Below are positions 26,815 to 40,255 of a DNA stretch of 64,000 bases, in pieces. Under the pieces are notes generated by a model, which was not told where the DNA came from, ran no database searches, and saw only the letters and a list, made by a program, of their open reading frames with translations. The stretch is from the human T2T-CHM13v2.0 reference genome, Homo sapiens. A program made the position numbers and the translations under genes. The DNA lies in the NCBI RefSeq assembly GCF_009914755.1, contig NC_060931.1; one strand, given 5' to 3'. Numbering within the stretch: the stretch's first letter is position 1; each line of letters begins with the position of its first letter.

Positions 26815-29630
26815 GTACCGTATCTATATGAAAAAAAATTACAGCACTGATGAAAGAAAGCAAAAGTAAAGAAATGGAGAAGCAGCGTATAAATATTACA
26901 TGCTCATGGCTAGCAGGACATGGGTTTGGATCATAATCTCAAAAGATACAGTCCCAATTGCCATAATCCCAAATAGTGAAATCCCCAAATATCTGAATAT
27001 CAAAATCTCTAAATAGAGTCTAAATCCCAAAAGTCTAGTGTTGCTAATGTTTAAAATCCCCTAAATCATAACCACAGGAGAGTTGCATCCTGCTGGGTGG
27101 AGCTATTAGCTTGTTATTGTCTTTATTTGGAAATTAAGCATAACTTAAGGAGTTGTGTGTGAGTGCCAAGTTGACAAGGGGTGAAACTGTAGACTTCGTT
27201 TTAAGTGTCAACTTGACTGGGTTAAGGAATACCTAGAAATCCAGTAAAGCTTCATTTTGGGTGTTTCTGGGAGGTGTCTCCAGGGAGATTGGGGTGGAGT
27301 CTGAGAGGGCTGGGGGAAGGTCTGCCTCAGTGTTGGTGGGCGGGCACTGTCCAAACAGCTGGGGCCCAGAGAGAACAAACACAGAGGGTGAATTAGGCTC
27401 CCTCTGAGTGCTGGGGCAGACTTTCCTTCTGCTGCCCTGGACATCAGAGCTCCAGGTTTGCCGGCCTTTGGACTCCAGGACTCACACCAGCCGTCCCTGG
27501 GTCTTCAGACTGAGAGTTACATCATCAGCTTCCCTGGTTCTCAATGCAAAAACGCTGCAACTTCCTCAATAAATGAAGAATGTCCTTTTTGTACATCTGC
27601 ATTTGCGAAAGATACAATTTCTTGAGATCTCAGCTCTTCGACTGTTTATGCAGCAGTGACCCATCAGGGTTTTTGACTCATCTTGTCAAAAGCCTTAGGT
27701 TGTTCATCAGGGTATTTCAGATGCCTGCAGTTATACAGCTGGGTGCACACAATTACCAAGCAGAGGGACATGCTTTTATACATCTCCCTTCCTGACCTAT
27801 GTCTTCATAAACACAGTTCATCTGCTCATAAGTGTGATGCCCATGCAACTGTCGTCAAGATATCTGAGGGCTTATGTCTGCAAAAATACGAATGTTATTA
27901 TTGCTTATTTTATTGTGTAAAATGGCCTATGAAGTGTTTTGTCACGATTTTATATGTTTTGCAAATAAATTCCCTTTTAAAAATGTAAATAAATGTCTTT
28001 TAAATAATTTTTTCCAGAATTACATTTTTGGGATTTTGATATTTTGAGACTGTGATTTTCAGGATTTTAGGGACCTTAGGGATTTTGATATTTCAGGATC
28101 TTAACATTCAGAACTATGGCATTCAGGATTGTGTCTTTCAGGATTATGACTGGCTCCCAAAGACTCAATATTGTCAGCATGTCAGTTCTCCAACTTGATC
28201 TATGGATTTAATGAAATCCCAGTCAAAATCCCAGCAAGTCATTTTTTGGATACAAGCAAGTTTATTCTAAAGTTTATATGTAGAGGCGAGTGACCCATAA
28301 CAGCCAACACAATACTGAAGAAGAACAAAGGCGGAGGACAACAGCACCCATCATTAGGACGCACTACACCCATTGTTACGACTCACTCCAACTCCACAGG
28401 AATCCAGGCAGGGTGGGGTTGATGACACAGACAAACAGATCAATGAAACAGAACAGAGAGCCCAGACATGGGTCCACATACATAAGGTCAGCCGAGCTTT
28501 GAAAAGGAGCAAAGGTGATGCTATGGAGAAAGGATTGCCTCTTAACAAATGGTGCTGGACAACTGGATGTCCACATGTACAGAAACAATTCCAGATGCAG
28601 ACCTTACACCTTTCACAACTAACTGAGAATGGGTCACAGACCTCATTATAAAATGAAAAACCATAAAACTCCTTAAAGGTAAGAGAGGAGAAACTCTGGA
28701 TGACCTTGGGTTTGGTGATGACTTTTTAAAATCCAACACCAATGGCAAAATCCATGAATAAAATAATTGGTAAGCTGGACTTCATTAAAATAAAAACTAA
28801 TGCTCTGCAAAAGACGCTGTCAAGAGAATGAAAAGACAAGCCACAGACTGGAGAAAATGTTTACAAAAGACATATCTGATATCTGATAAAGGACCAATAT
28901 CTAAAATATTCAAGAACTTTACAAACTCAACAATAAGAAAACAAACAGCCTAATTAAAACATGGCCCAGAGACCACCACAAACACCTCACCACAGAAGAT
29001 ACACAGATGAAAACAAGCATGTGAAGATGCTCTGCTTCCTCCATCATCAGGGAAATGTGAATGAAAATGACAACGAGACACCACCACACACCTCTCAGAA
29101 GGGCCGGAACCCAGAACATCGACAACACCCAATGCAGGCGAGGATGTGGAGCAACAGCAGCTCATTCACCACTGGTGGCACGCAGAATGCAGAATGCCAC
29201 AGCCACTGGGGAAGACAGTTTGGTGGCTGCTTCCAAAACCAAACATTCTCTTACTGTGTGATCCAGTGATTACACTCCTTGGTACTTAACCAGTAGAAGT
29301 TAAAGACTTATACCCACACAAAAACCTGCATGAGGGTGCTTATGGCAGCTTTATGAATAATTGCCAATACATGGAAGCAACCAAGATGTTCCTCAGAAGG
29401 CGAATAAACTGTGGCCCATCTATACAATGGAGTGTTATGGATTATAATGTAATAATACAATACTATTCAGCACTAAAGAGAAATGAGCCATCGAGCCATG
29501 AAAAGATGGGGGAATCTTCAAGGCATGTGACCCATCTGAAAAGGCCACATATTGTAAGGTTCCAACTCCAGGACATTCAGGAAAAGGCAAACTATGGAGA
29601 CAGCAACAAGGTCCATGGTTGCCAGGTCTC
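26815..29630 (+). mobile_element. Old L1 (L1MC-like) ORF2 3' part and 3'UTR, interrupted by Ricksha
   Basis: aagactcaatattgtcagcatgtcagttctcc..., caaatggtgctggacaactggatgtccacatg, and aaatgagccatcgagccatgaaaag...ggaaaaggcaaactatggagacag are typical of L1MC 3' ends. Confidence 0.8.
26922..28158 (+). mobile_element. Ricksha-type (MULE/MuDR) non-autonomous DNA transposon carrying an MLT2/ERVL LTR segment (~27190-27545)
   Basis: Long imperfect terminal inverted repeats (gggtttggatcataatctcaaaagatacagtcccaattgccataat ... atggcattcaggattgtgtctttcaggattatgactggctccc); internal MLT2-like gtgtcaacttgactgggttaaggaatacctag. Confidence 0.8.
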
Positions 29631-30214
29631 GAGTGGGGAAACTGGAGACGCTGAACTAGATGAGCCCCAAATTCCTTCACCGGCCACTGCACGTCACCTG
29701 TTGTCCTCCCCGTCACCCCACCTTAGATAGGCCTTCCACTGAACCTGCTTTAAAGCTCTTTGAAAGGAGACCAGATGTGAATTATGAATAAGTGAAGGAA
29801 GAGAGTCTCTTTTTAAAGCTTTTACCAGGTGAACTTTTGTCATATGCGTTCAGCCCGCAGCCTCGTTGACTGACTGCTTCTTTGGGAGCAGGTACGCGTG
29901 GGTCTTCTCTCCCACTCTCTGAAGACTAAACAGCAAGGGTCTCATGTTGGACCCGACCGTGCGACAGGAGGGTGGCCCTGTTCTCTGACCTGTAAAGAAG
30001 TTTTCTGTTCCCTGGCATTATCACAGGGTCCTCCCTTCCTGCTCGGGTGCAGTTGCTCTTTGTGTGTTGAGAATGTCTGTCTAGCTAGGGCCTCACATCT
30101 TCAGAAATCATTCGATGTCTGGATTTGCTTTAGAATCATCCCAGGGCAGAGCAGGGGGCTGTAGTGGGCGCAGAGGAGCATCAGGAAAGCCTGAGAGTCA
30201 CCACTTGTGGGAGA

Positions 30215-30997
30215 CAGGTGATGCCTGTACGGGGTTCTCAATATTCTCTGTATATTTCATAGGTGATGCCTATACCAGGTTCTCAATTCTCTCTATTTCT
30301 TAGGTGACGCCTGTACGGGGTTCTCAATATTCTCTGTGTGTTTCATAGGTGATACCTGCACGGGGTTCTCAATTCTCTCTATTTCATAGGTGGCGCCTGT
30401 ACGGGGTTCTCAATATTCTCTGCGTGTTTCATAGGTGATGCCTGCACGGGGTTCTCAATATTCTCTGCGTGTTTCATAGGTGACGCCTGTACCGGGTTCT
30501 CAATATTCTCTGCGTGTTTTGTAGGTGATACCTGTACGGGGTTCTCAATTCTCTCTTCTTATTTCATAGGTGATCAATATTCTCTGTGTATTTCATAGGT
30601 GACGCCTGTACGGGGTTCTCAATATTCTCTGTATATTTCATAGGTGGTGCCTGTACGGGGTTCTCAATATTCTCTGTATATTTCTTAGGTGACGCCCGTA
30701 TGAAGTTCTCAATTCTCTCTGCTTATTTCATAGGTGATCAATATTCTCTGTGTATTTCATAGGTGATGCCTGTACCGGGTTCTCAATTCTATTTCATAGG
30801 TGACGCCTGTACGGGGTTCTCAATTCTATTTCATAGGTGACGCCTGTACGGGGTTCTCAATATTCTCTGTATATTTCGTAGGTGACGCCTGTACGGGGTT
30901 CTCAATTCTCTCTGCATATTTCATAGGTGATCAGTATTCTCTGTGTATTTCATAGGTGATACCTGCATGGGGTTCTCAATTCTCTCTGCGTATTTCC
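30215..30997. repeat. ~45-bp VNTR with variable unit length (~19 copies), embedded in an old L1 3' end
   Basis: TAGGTGACGCCTGTACGGGGTTCTCAATATTCTCTGTATATTTCA and shortened variants; preceded by L1M-3'-like gatgtctggatttgctttagaatcatccc at ~30114. Confidence 0.93.
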
Positions 30998-31234
30998 TAT
31001 TTGCCGTTTTACATGAGGCTTTTCTAAAGCGCACAGTGCAGTTTGGAAGTCAGTTTTTATCAGAATATCACCAGCATCGCAGGGTAGCTCAGGAAGAATG
31101 CCAAGCACATTGTGTAACTCGTAGGGATCACGGGAGAGTGGAGAGAGCACGGTCAGGACGCTTGTTCCGAAGATCCACACCCTGGGGTGTGGGAGGAACG
31201 AGAAGGCGCCAAGGCAGGGAGGTGAAGCTCCCCG

Positions 31235-31602
31235 GTGCATAAGAAAGGCACACAGAACAGGAGCGCGCAGGAAGGGCTCGCAGAGCAGGAGCGCACGCGT
31301 AGGAAGAGCACGCAGAGCAAGAGCGCGTGCGTAGGAAGGGCACGCAGAGCAGGAGCGCGTGCGTAAGAAGGGCACGCAGAGCAGGAGTGGCGCGTAAGAA
31401 GGGCACGCAGAGCAGGAGGGTGCGTAGGAAGGACACGCAGAGCAGGAGCGCGCGCGTAGGAAGGGCTCGCAGAGCAGGAGGGTGCGTAGGAAGGACACGC
31501 AGAGCAGGAGCGCGCGCGTAGGAAGGGCTCGCAGAGCGGGAGCGCGCGCGTAGGGAGGGCTCAGAGCGGGAGCGCGCGCGTAGGGAAGGCACGCAGAGCA
31601 GG
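31235..31602. repeat. CpG-rich 30-32-bp minisatellite (~12 copies)
   Basis: GCAGAGCAGGAGCGCGCGCGTAGGAAGGGCAC at 31280, 31312, 31344, 31376 and onward. Confidence 0.93.
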
Positions 31603-31996
31603 AATGCGTCCTATTCTCTCTGTGAGCTCACCCTCACCCGGCTCTCCAGCTGGGTTTCCCTCCCTCTGATGGGGGCGACGATGTTTATTGCTTTCTGTTC
31701 CCAATAATGAGGACAGAGGTGAATGGGGCTTTTTAAGCTGTGGGAGATGGGATAGGAGAGAGAAAAGGGAGGTTAGAGAAGGAAGAGGACGACCCAAAGT
31801 GACCCCACTAGAAGGAGTATAGAGGTGGGAGAATGCAGGTAGAGGGGCAGCCGGTGCCGGGGAGGGGCAAGGAAGGCTGAGATGAGAAGCTGAAGGTCAC
31901 CTCAGCCATGTATTCACCGCCTGTGGCCAAGGGCTGAGGCCACACTGAGCTGGAGGAGAACAGGAAGCTCGGCAGCTACACGGACCCAAGGTCGCA

Positions 31997-32270
31997 AGTG
32001 AAGACCCCCTGATAGCGTCCAGGACCTACGAGAGTGCAGGAGGCAGTGAAGACCCCCGATGGTGTCTAGTACCCACAAGAGGCAGTGAAGACCCCTGATA
32101 GCATTCAGTACCCACGAAAGCGCAGGAGGCAGTGAAGACCCCTGATGGTGTCTAGTACACAAAGAGTGCAGGAGGCAGTGAAGACCCCCGATGGTGTCTA
32201 GTACCCACAAAAGTGCAGGAGGCAGTGAAGACCCTGATGGTGTCTAGTACCCACGCAAGTGCAGGAGGCA
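31997..32270. repeat. ~47-bp minisatellite (~6 copies)
   Basis: GGAGGCAGTGAAGACCCCCGATGGTGTCTAGTACCCACAAAAGTGCA variants. Confidence 0.9.
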
Positions 32271-33244
32271 GGACCATCAAGGAAAGGGGTTTCTCGGAGT
32301 AGAGCATGGCTTAGAACAGAGGAGACGTCGCCCCAGAGGGAGAGGTGCTGGAGGGAAAGTGGCCACTCCAGGCGGGCAGCTCCCGTAGCAAACAGCACCA
32401 TCAATGCTCCAGCAGCACTCACTCAAGTGCAGCATCGGCCTCCTCCGCCGTCCTTCTCCTCCAAGAGAGGAACAAGGAGAAAGCATCGGTAATGGTCACA
32501 CGTCCTTCCCTCTAATTGCAATTTCACATTCCTTCTATTTAAAAACTGCCATAACGGCTGCATGAACAAAGAAAGAGCGAGGGCAGGAGAGCTCCCGGCT
32601 GCAGACAGCAGAGAAGCTGATGCTCGCTCTCAGCGGCTCCCATTCAGCCTTCACTTAAGGAGCAGAGAGTGCTCACATAACGCGATGCTCAGGCAATGTT
32701 TGTGAAATTTTAGTATTTGTTATCTCCAAAAGGGAAGTCATGTTTTATCAGAACCCACTGCAGGATGGTCTTGGGAAAAGGCTGTTGGGAAATAAATGGG
32801 TCGGAACCTTCTCCATATCACAAAGAGTCGCAGGAACCCGCAAACGCCCTTCTCCCCTGGGCCCGCCCTGACGTGGCTTAACTCAGGTAGCGACACCGGA
32901 AGCCACGGTCTTGGCAGAGCAGTCACCTCGAGGCCGACACTGTTCAGCTAGTGCATGGTGAGCAGCATGAAATCCAGACAGGGGGCTTCGGAGGATGTGG
33001 CAAACCGCCATAAATATGGGCTACGGTCACATGCTGGGCCACAGGGAGAGGTGAGTTCAGCGACAAAGGACACTGGACTTAACGTGTTCAGAGTCAATTT
33101 TCCAAAACAGATATGGATGACACAAGCTGTGGGCCAGACCCATCCTGCAAGCCATGTTGCCCGCCCCATCCATCAGCTTCAGCAGAATTGTGAAATCATA
33201 AAATCTGGGGAAGGGATGAACAAGAAGTGAGAAGGGAACACGCA

Positions 33245-33737
33245 CTGTCCTCACACCCTCAGGATCATCTCCTCCTCCCCCTGGCCGCCGCGTTCCCTGT
33301 CCTCACACCCTCAGGATCATCTCCTCCTCCCCCCGGCCGCCGCGTTCCCTGTCCTCACACCCTCAGGATCATCTCCTCCTCCCTCTGGCCGCCGCGTTCC
33401 CTGTCCTCACACCCTCAGGATCATCTCCTCCTCCCCCCGGCTGCCGCGTTCCCTGTCCTCACACCCTCAGGATCACCTCCCCTCCCACTGGCCACTGTGT
33501 TCACTGTCCTCACACCCTCAGGATCATCTCCTCCTCCCCCCGGCCGCCGCGTTCCCTGTCCTCACACCCTCAGGATCATCTCCTCCTCCCCCTGGCCGCC
33601 GCGTTCCCTGTCCTCACACCCTCAGGATCACCTCCCCTCCCACTGGCCGCTGTGTTCACTGTCCTCACACCCTCAGCAGCGCCTTCTCCATCCCACTGTC
33701 AGGATCACCTCCCGCCTCTCACTGGCCACTGCGTTCC
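33245..33737. repeat. ~52-bp minisatellite (~9 copies) close to the exon 6 donor
   Basis: CTGTCCTCACACCCTCAGGATCATCTCCTCCTCCCCCCGGCCGCCGCGTTCC at 33245, 33297, 33349 and onward. Confidence 0.95.
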
Positions 33738-33953
33738 CAGGACGTGAAATGACCACATACTCCTTCCCAGCACAGAGAGGGTATGAGGGCCGAAGGGACC
33801 CTTCCCTACATGGTGCCCCATTCCTGCCACGCGTCCTCGGGGGAGTGCGGTGTGCAGACCCCACGTGTGGGAAGAGCATGGTGCGTCTGTCACTGGGAGG
33901 GGCTGGACGGAGGACAGTCAGCAAACAAGAAACACCAAGCGGGGCTGGCTCAC

Positions 33954-34314
33954 CATCGCCTGTGCTGGAGGGGTCTTCGGAATCTCCCAGAGGTGAAGGC
34001 CACTTCTGGGGGGCGGCTGGTGCCAGCAAAGGCCTGGGCATTCTTGAGGGTGCACGCAGAAGGTACTGTGGCTCCAGGCTGCCCTCCCCGGGGGGAGCTG
34101 GGGGCCTCTGGGCAGCATAGGCACTGAGGGCCGCCATCAGATGGTGTCTGTCCACACCACTGTCCACCTTAGGGCTGAGCTCATCTGGCTGGAGCTGGCC
34201 GAGGGTCCGCGGCAGGAGGTCCTCGCGGAGCTGGGTCCGGGGCCCGGGAGGGTAGGTCAGCGCAGACGTGTGGGCCACATAGGTCAGGATGCTCTCGGAG
34301 AAGCGGTCATCACC
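33954..34314 (-). CDS. PTPRN2: PTPRN2 coding exon (exon 6, 361 nt; about aa 184-304)
   Basis: Acceptor ttttgctctcctttccttcag|GGT, donor GATG|gtgagc; translates [120 protein letters not shown](G). Confidence 0.97.
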
Positions 34315-34555
34315 CTGAAGGAAAGGAGAGCAAAACAGAGCAAGAGTCACATTTCCATCGTCAGCTGGGGGCACCAAGATGCCCTTCAGTCTCAGTTTTC
34401 AAGGTCCTAAACAGCCCTGGGGGTACAAAGATGCCCTTCGGTCTCAGGTTCAAGGTCCTAAACAGCCCTGGACATCTCTGAAATGTAAAGCCAAAACAGG
34501 ACTCTCATTTTCACACTGACCAACCCAGGTCCCTATTTCATATTTGTTCCTGCAT

Positions 34556-35480
34556 TATTTTTAATATCAGCTTTATGGAGATAATTCACCCACATCAGCA
34601 GTTTTTAGTGTATTCAGAGTTGTGAGACATCACTACTAAGTCCAGAACATCCGCATCACCCAAAAAGAGACTTTGCAGTGTTCCCGTTCCTCCCTCCCAC
34701 CCTGACACTGCTCATTCGCTTTCAGTCTCTATGGAGGAGTCTCTTCTGGACGTTTGGTGTAAATGGAATCACACCATGTGTGGCATCTGTGCCTGGCTCA
34801 TTTCCCTAAGCATAATGTCCTCAGGTGCACCCATGCTGATGCTGGGGCATGGGCCAGGACATCCTTCCTCTTTCAGCCAAGTACTATCCCACTGCATGTA
34901 TATCCCACATTTTAAAAATTCACCTATCAGTTGATGGACATTTGCTTTTTTCTACCTTTTGGCTATTTTGAATAATGCTGCTATGAGTATTCATTTATGA
35001 GTCTGTGTATCAATGTGTTTTCAATTCTCTTGGGTTTATTCGAGGATATTACATGGTAACTCGACATTTAACTGACTGAGGAACTCCCAAGCTGTTTTCC
35101 AGCACAGCAGCACCACAAACAATCTCACCAGTAATGGATGCAGATGCCAGTTCCTCTGCATCTTTGCCAACACTTGCTACTTTCCTTCTGTTTTTACTAT
35201 GGTTGTCCTAGCAGTTGGAAAGCAATACTGTGCTGTGTCACTTGCATAATGCACTGAGCCTAGTATGTCCTGCACCTGGAGCCTCCAACTCAGCTTTAAC
35301 TAAAGGTCCTTTGCACGGCAGCTCGGAGTTACTGCATTCACAGCAATGAGAGGAGCTGCTCCCAGACACATTCATGAGGCTCGGCGGTGCCTCCCTGGTG
35401 GCTAATGATGCTGCATCTTTGTGTGCCCTTATTGACCACTCCTACATCTTCTCTGAAGAAATGTCTGTTTGTATTTTTTG
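34556..35480 (-). mobile_element. Old L1M 3' fragment
   Basis: cagctttatggagataattcac, aaatggaatcacaccatgtg, gttgatggacatttg...ggctattttgaataatgctgctatg are reverse L1M 3'UTR/ORF2 hallmarks. Confidence 0.75.
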
Positions 35481-36202
35481 CCTGCACTGGTTTTTATTTT
35501 AACCCTGAAAAGCTGCTCCCCAATAGCTGAATCTCTCTTTCAGCAACCCTCAGCAGAGGCCTCAAGTGCCTTGTCTGGAGGTCTTCACTCCAACTTCTTT
35601 ACTGAAGACCTGAAACATGTTTGCTGCCTGCTCTTTTAACTGCAGTGTGCTGCAGCAGGGAAGATGCCAGGGTCTCTTGTTCGATAATTACCTATCACAT
35701 CATTTACTAGTCAATGCCCTGGCTAACAGTCTTTCATGGGATTTCTGTCTATATTTTCTCCTCACTCATTTAGTAAAATTCCGTTAAGAGGACATGTCCT
35801 CATCACACTTTGTGTCACTAGATAAACCAAGGCCCAGCTGTCCTCACCTCTAGGGCAGCTGTAAAAATGTGAAAAGTCCCCACATTGTACCTCTGACTTG
35901 GGCTTCATCAAAATGTCATGGACAGGCTGAGTATGAATAATTTCCAGCTTAGAGACTTTCGAATCCTGGACACACAAGCTGAGCTCCCTGGAGGCGTGCA
36001 TGGGTGTGTGGACACCCCAGTTTAAATCCCATCCGTTCATATTTTCTACTTGCACCTCCTTGGGGCACATGATCAATGTCATGTCAGTGGAGGTGGACAC
36101 CTCGGCACTAGCTAAGGGTGTGCAGCCATCACTGACAGTAAGGTAAGGGGGTCCAGCTCCTGAGTCTGGCTATTTCCGAAAATATTTGGGTTCATCCTCT
36201 GA

Positions 36203-36607
<405 letters not shown>

Positions 36608-36721
36608 AGGTTGAATTAGGTTCTGATTTCAGTTCTCATATATGAACTTGGGTAAATTACTTGACCCCTAAAGACTCAATTTTCTTCTGTCAAAAAAGGA
36701 AATCGGACATTATCTCTAAGA

Positions 36722-37049
<328 letters not shown>

Positions 37050-37992
37050 TAAAGTGATGTGACTATAGCTATCATCCAAATTGCTTAAATTTGTCCAAGG
37101 ACTAGCTGAAATCAACTATTCTTCCCTTAAGAAAGAGAATATGTGAGAGAGCAAGAGCGTGAGAAAGAGCGAGAGCGAGCGAGCGAGAGACAGTGAATGC
37201 CACCACAACAAACAGCCCCTCCAGCAATTTCCCACAAATTGGGTGTAAGTGTCAATCTCCAGCTCAGCCTGCACTCCCTCTTGCAAAGGCTGTCTCTGAA
37301 CACCTGGTCAGCCACCGTGCTGGGGGGTGGGGATCTGCGTCCAAATCCCTCGTTATGTGCCTGCAAGTGGCTTTCCCCTCATTGCTATGAATGCAGTAAC
37401 CTGGAGCTTCCACGCAAAGGGCCTTTAATTAAAGTTGAGTTGGAAGCTCCAGGTGCAGGACTGACTAGGTTCAGTGCATTACACAATCACAGCAGAGTGT
37501 GATCTGTGCAGTAGACTTGGATAAACAATCTATTTTTGGTTTATGTTCTGAATCAAATTAAGGTGAAGAGGAAAAAGAATATTTCAGTAGTTAGCACAAA
37601 CAACAGAGCCTGTAGAAATAATAGCAAACATCGGTTTTTGCAAGCCACTCCGGCTACTCAATAGATGATTGCAGACACTGGGGTGTTTCTCACCAAGGTG
37701 AGGTGACCATCCCATAACCAAGAGGGCCTGAGAGTTGGGAACATGGGCAGTAAAGAAAAGTATTCTCACGCTGACTGGCTCTTTCACGGTTTGAGGTCCC
37801 CAAGGAAAAGGAACTGGCTCTGGAGCTGCCTGGGTTTAAACTACCACCAATGCTACGAGCTTAGTGACCTTTGCTTCAGCACACTATTTAAGTAATCTGT
37901 AAAACAAGGATAATAATAATAGTATCTGGCACGGAAGTGTTAATGGCTATGACTACTACTATTATTACAATTATTTACTTTACCTTATCCTT

Positions 37993-38321
37993 CATATATA
38001 TACATACATATATATATACACATACATATATATATACACATACATATATATACACATATATATACACATACATATATATACACATATATACACACATTAT
38101 ATACACATATATATACACACATATATATATACACATATATATACACACATATATATACACATATATACACACATATATATACACATATATATACACACAT
38201 ATATACACATATATACACACATACATATATATACACTATATATACACACATATATACACACATATATATACACATATATACACACATATATATACACACA
38301 TATATATACACACATATATAT

Positions 38322-38383
<62 letters not shown>
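37993..38383. repeat. Compound (TA)n/(CA)n microsatellite (~390 bp)
   Basis: catatatatacacacatata... with a pure (TA)n stretch at ~38331-38372. Confidence 0.97.
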
Positions 38384-38721
<338 letters not shown>

Positions 38722-39399
38722 TGAGGAGAAACTATCCAATTAGACTTTTTCTTCTACTCTCAGCTCTGAGTTTAAAATTCTGTGACTCATTTTCAAACCC
38801 CCTGTTGTGAAGATGTTTTCAGTCTCAGTTCAACATACCAATGAAGGGAGGTTTCCTAAGACAATGTGGAATAATTTTTAAGACCGTAGCTGCCCAAACC
38901 TGGAAATTAGCAGCCTAACGGCATAGACACAGACTAATTTCCAGTACAGGCGATGGACATTCCTGTGCATGAAGTCTTCAAACTATGTGTAAGAGAAATC
39001 CGGCTGAGCATCTCTGGGGTAGCCCAGCTGTGGATATGAAGCATTCGAGAGCTTCTGCCAAAGTCTGATGATGTTTAAGCTGACATGATATTCTACTGGG
39101 AATATTCTTCAACCCACTGCATTTCCATATGACGAGAAGCAGAACCCACTCGCCCACACACTGAAAAAGCCAGCAGGAAAGAAGGCTCACTGAAAGACTG
39201 GCCCAATCCTGTCAGTTCTGTGTAACTTGTGTAAGTTTGGACCAGTTATCTAACCTCTTGAAGTCTCATTTTCACCACCTGCAAAACTAGAAAAATAATT
39301 CTGTTTTCTTTAAAAGCCACTGTGAGGATTAGGGAGAGTATAGGTAAAAGTGCCTTGCTCAGCACACAACTCAGAGGAGGAACTTGATAAATGGCAGTC

Positions 39400-40255
39400 A
39401 TCAGCAGTATCATTATCACCATTAGTGTCACTGCCACCATCCACAACAGCATCCCCACCATCATCTTCACCATCCACAGCACCATCCCTACCATCATCAC
39501 CCTCACCATCAGCATCATCCCACCATCAATAGCAGCATCCCCACCATCATCACTTCCACCATCAACAACAGCATCTCCACTATCTCCACCATCCACAACA
39601 GCATCTCCACTATCTCCACCATCAACAACAGCATCTCCACTATCTCCAACAGCATCCCCACCATCACCATCCCACCATCCACAGCAGCATCCCACCATCA
39701 TCTTCACCATCATCATCTTCACCATCCACAGCAGGATCCCCACCATCATCTTCACCATCCACAGCAGGATCCCCACCATCATCTTCACCATTCACAGCAG
39801 CATCCCACCATCATCATCTTCACCATCAGCATCATCCCACCATCCACAGCAGCATCCCCACCATCATCAACTTCACCATCCACAGCACCATCCATACCAT
39901 CATCACCTTCACCATCAGCATCATCCCACCATCAATAGCAGCATCCCCACCATCATCACTTCCACCATCAACAGCAGCATCCCCACCATCATCATCACCC
40001 CATCATCGACAGCAGCATCCCACCAATATCATCTTCACCATCCATAGCAGGATCCCCACCATCATCACCCCAATCATCAACAACAGCATCTCCACTATCT
40101 CCACCATCAATAATAGCATCCCATCACCACCAACACCACCAGCGTCCCCACCATCATCATCACCCCATCATCAACAGCAGCATCCACACCATCATCACCC
40201 TCACCATCAGCATCATCCCACCATCAATAGCAGCATCCCCACCATCATCACTTCC
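39400..40255. repeat. Degenerate (CAT/CAC/CAG)n low-complexity repeat, left part
   Basis: ccaccatcatcttcaccatccacagcagcatcccc-type units. Confidence 0.92.

Noticed and set aside
33673-34377. 234-aa ORF as a complete gene
   Set aside because: Only 33954-34314 is the PTPRN2 exon; the flanks are intronic read-through beyond the splice sites.
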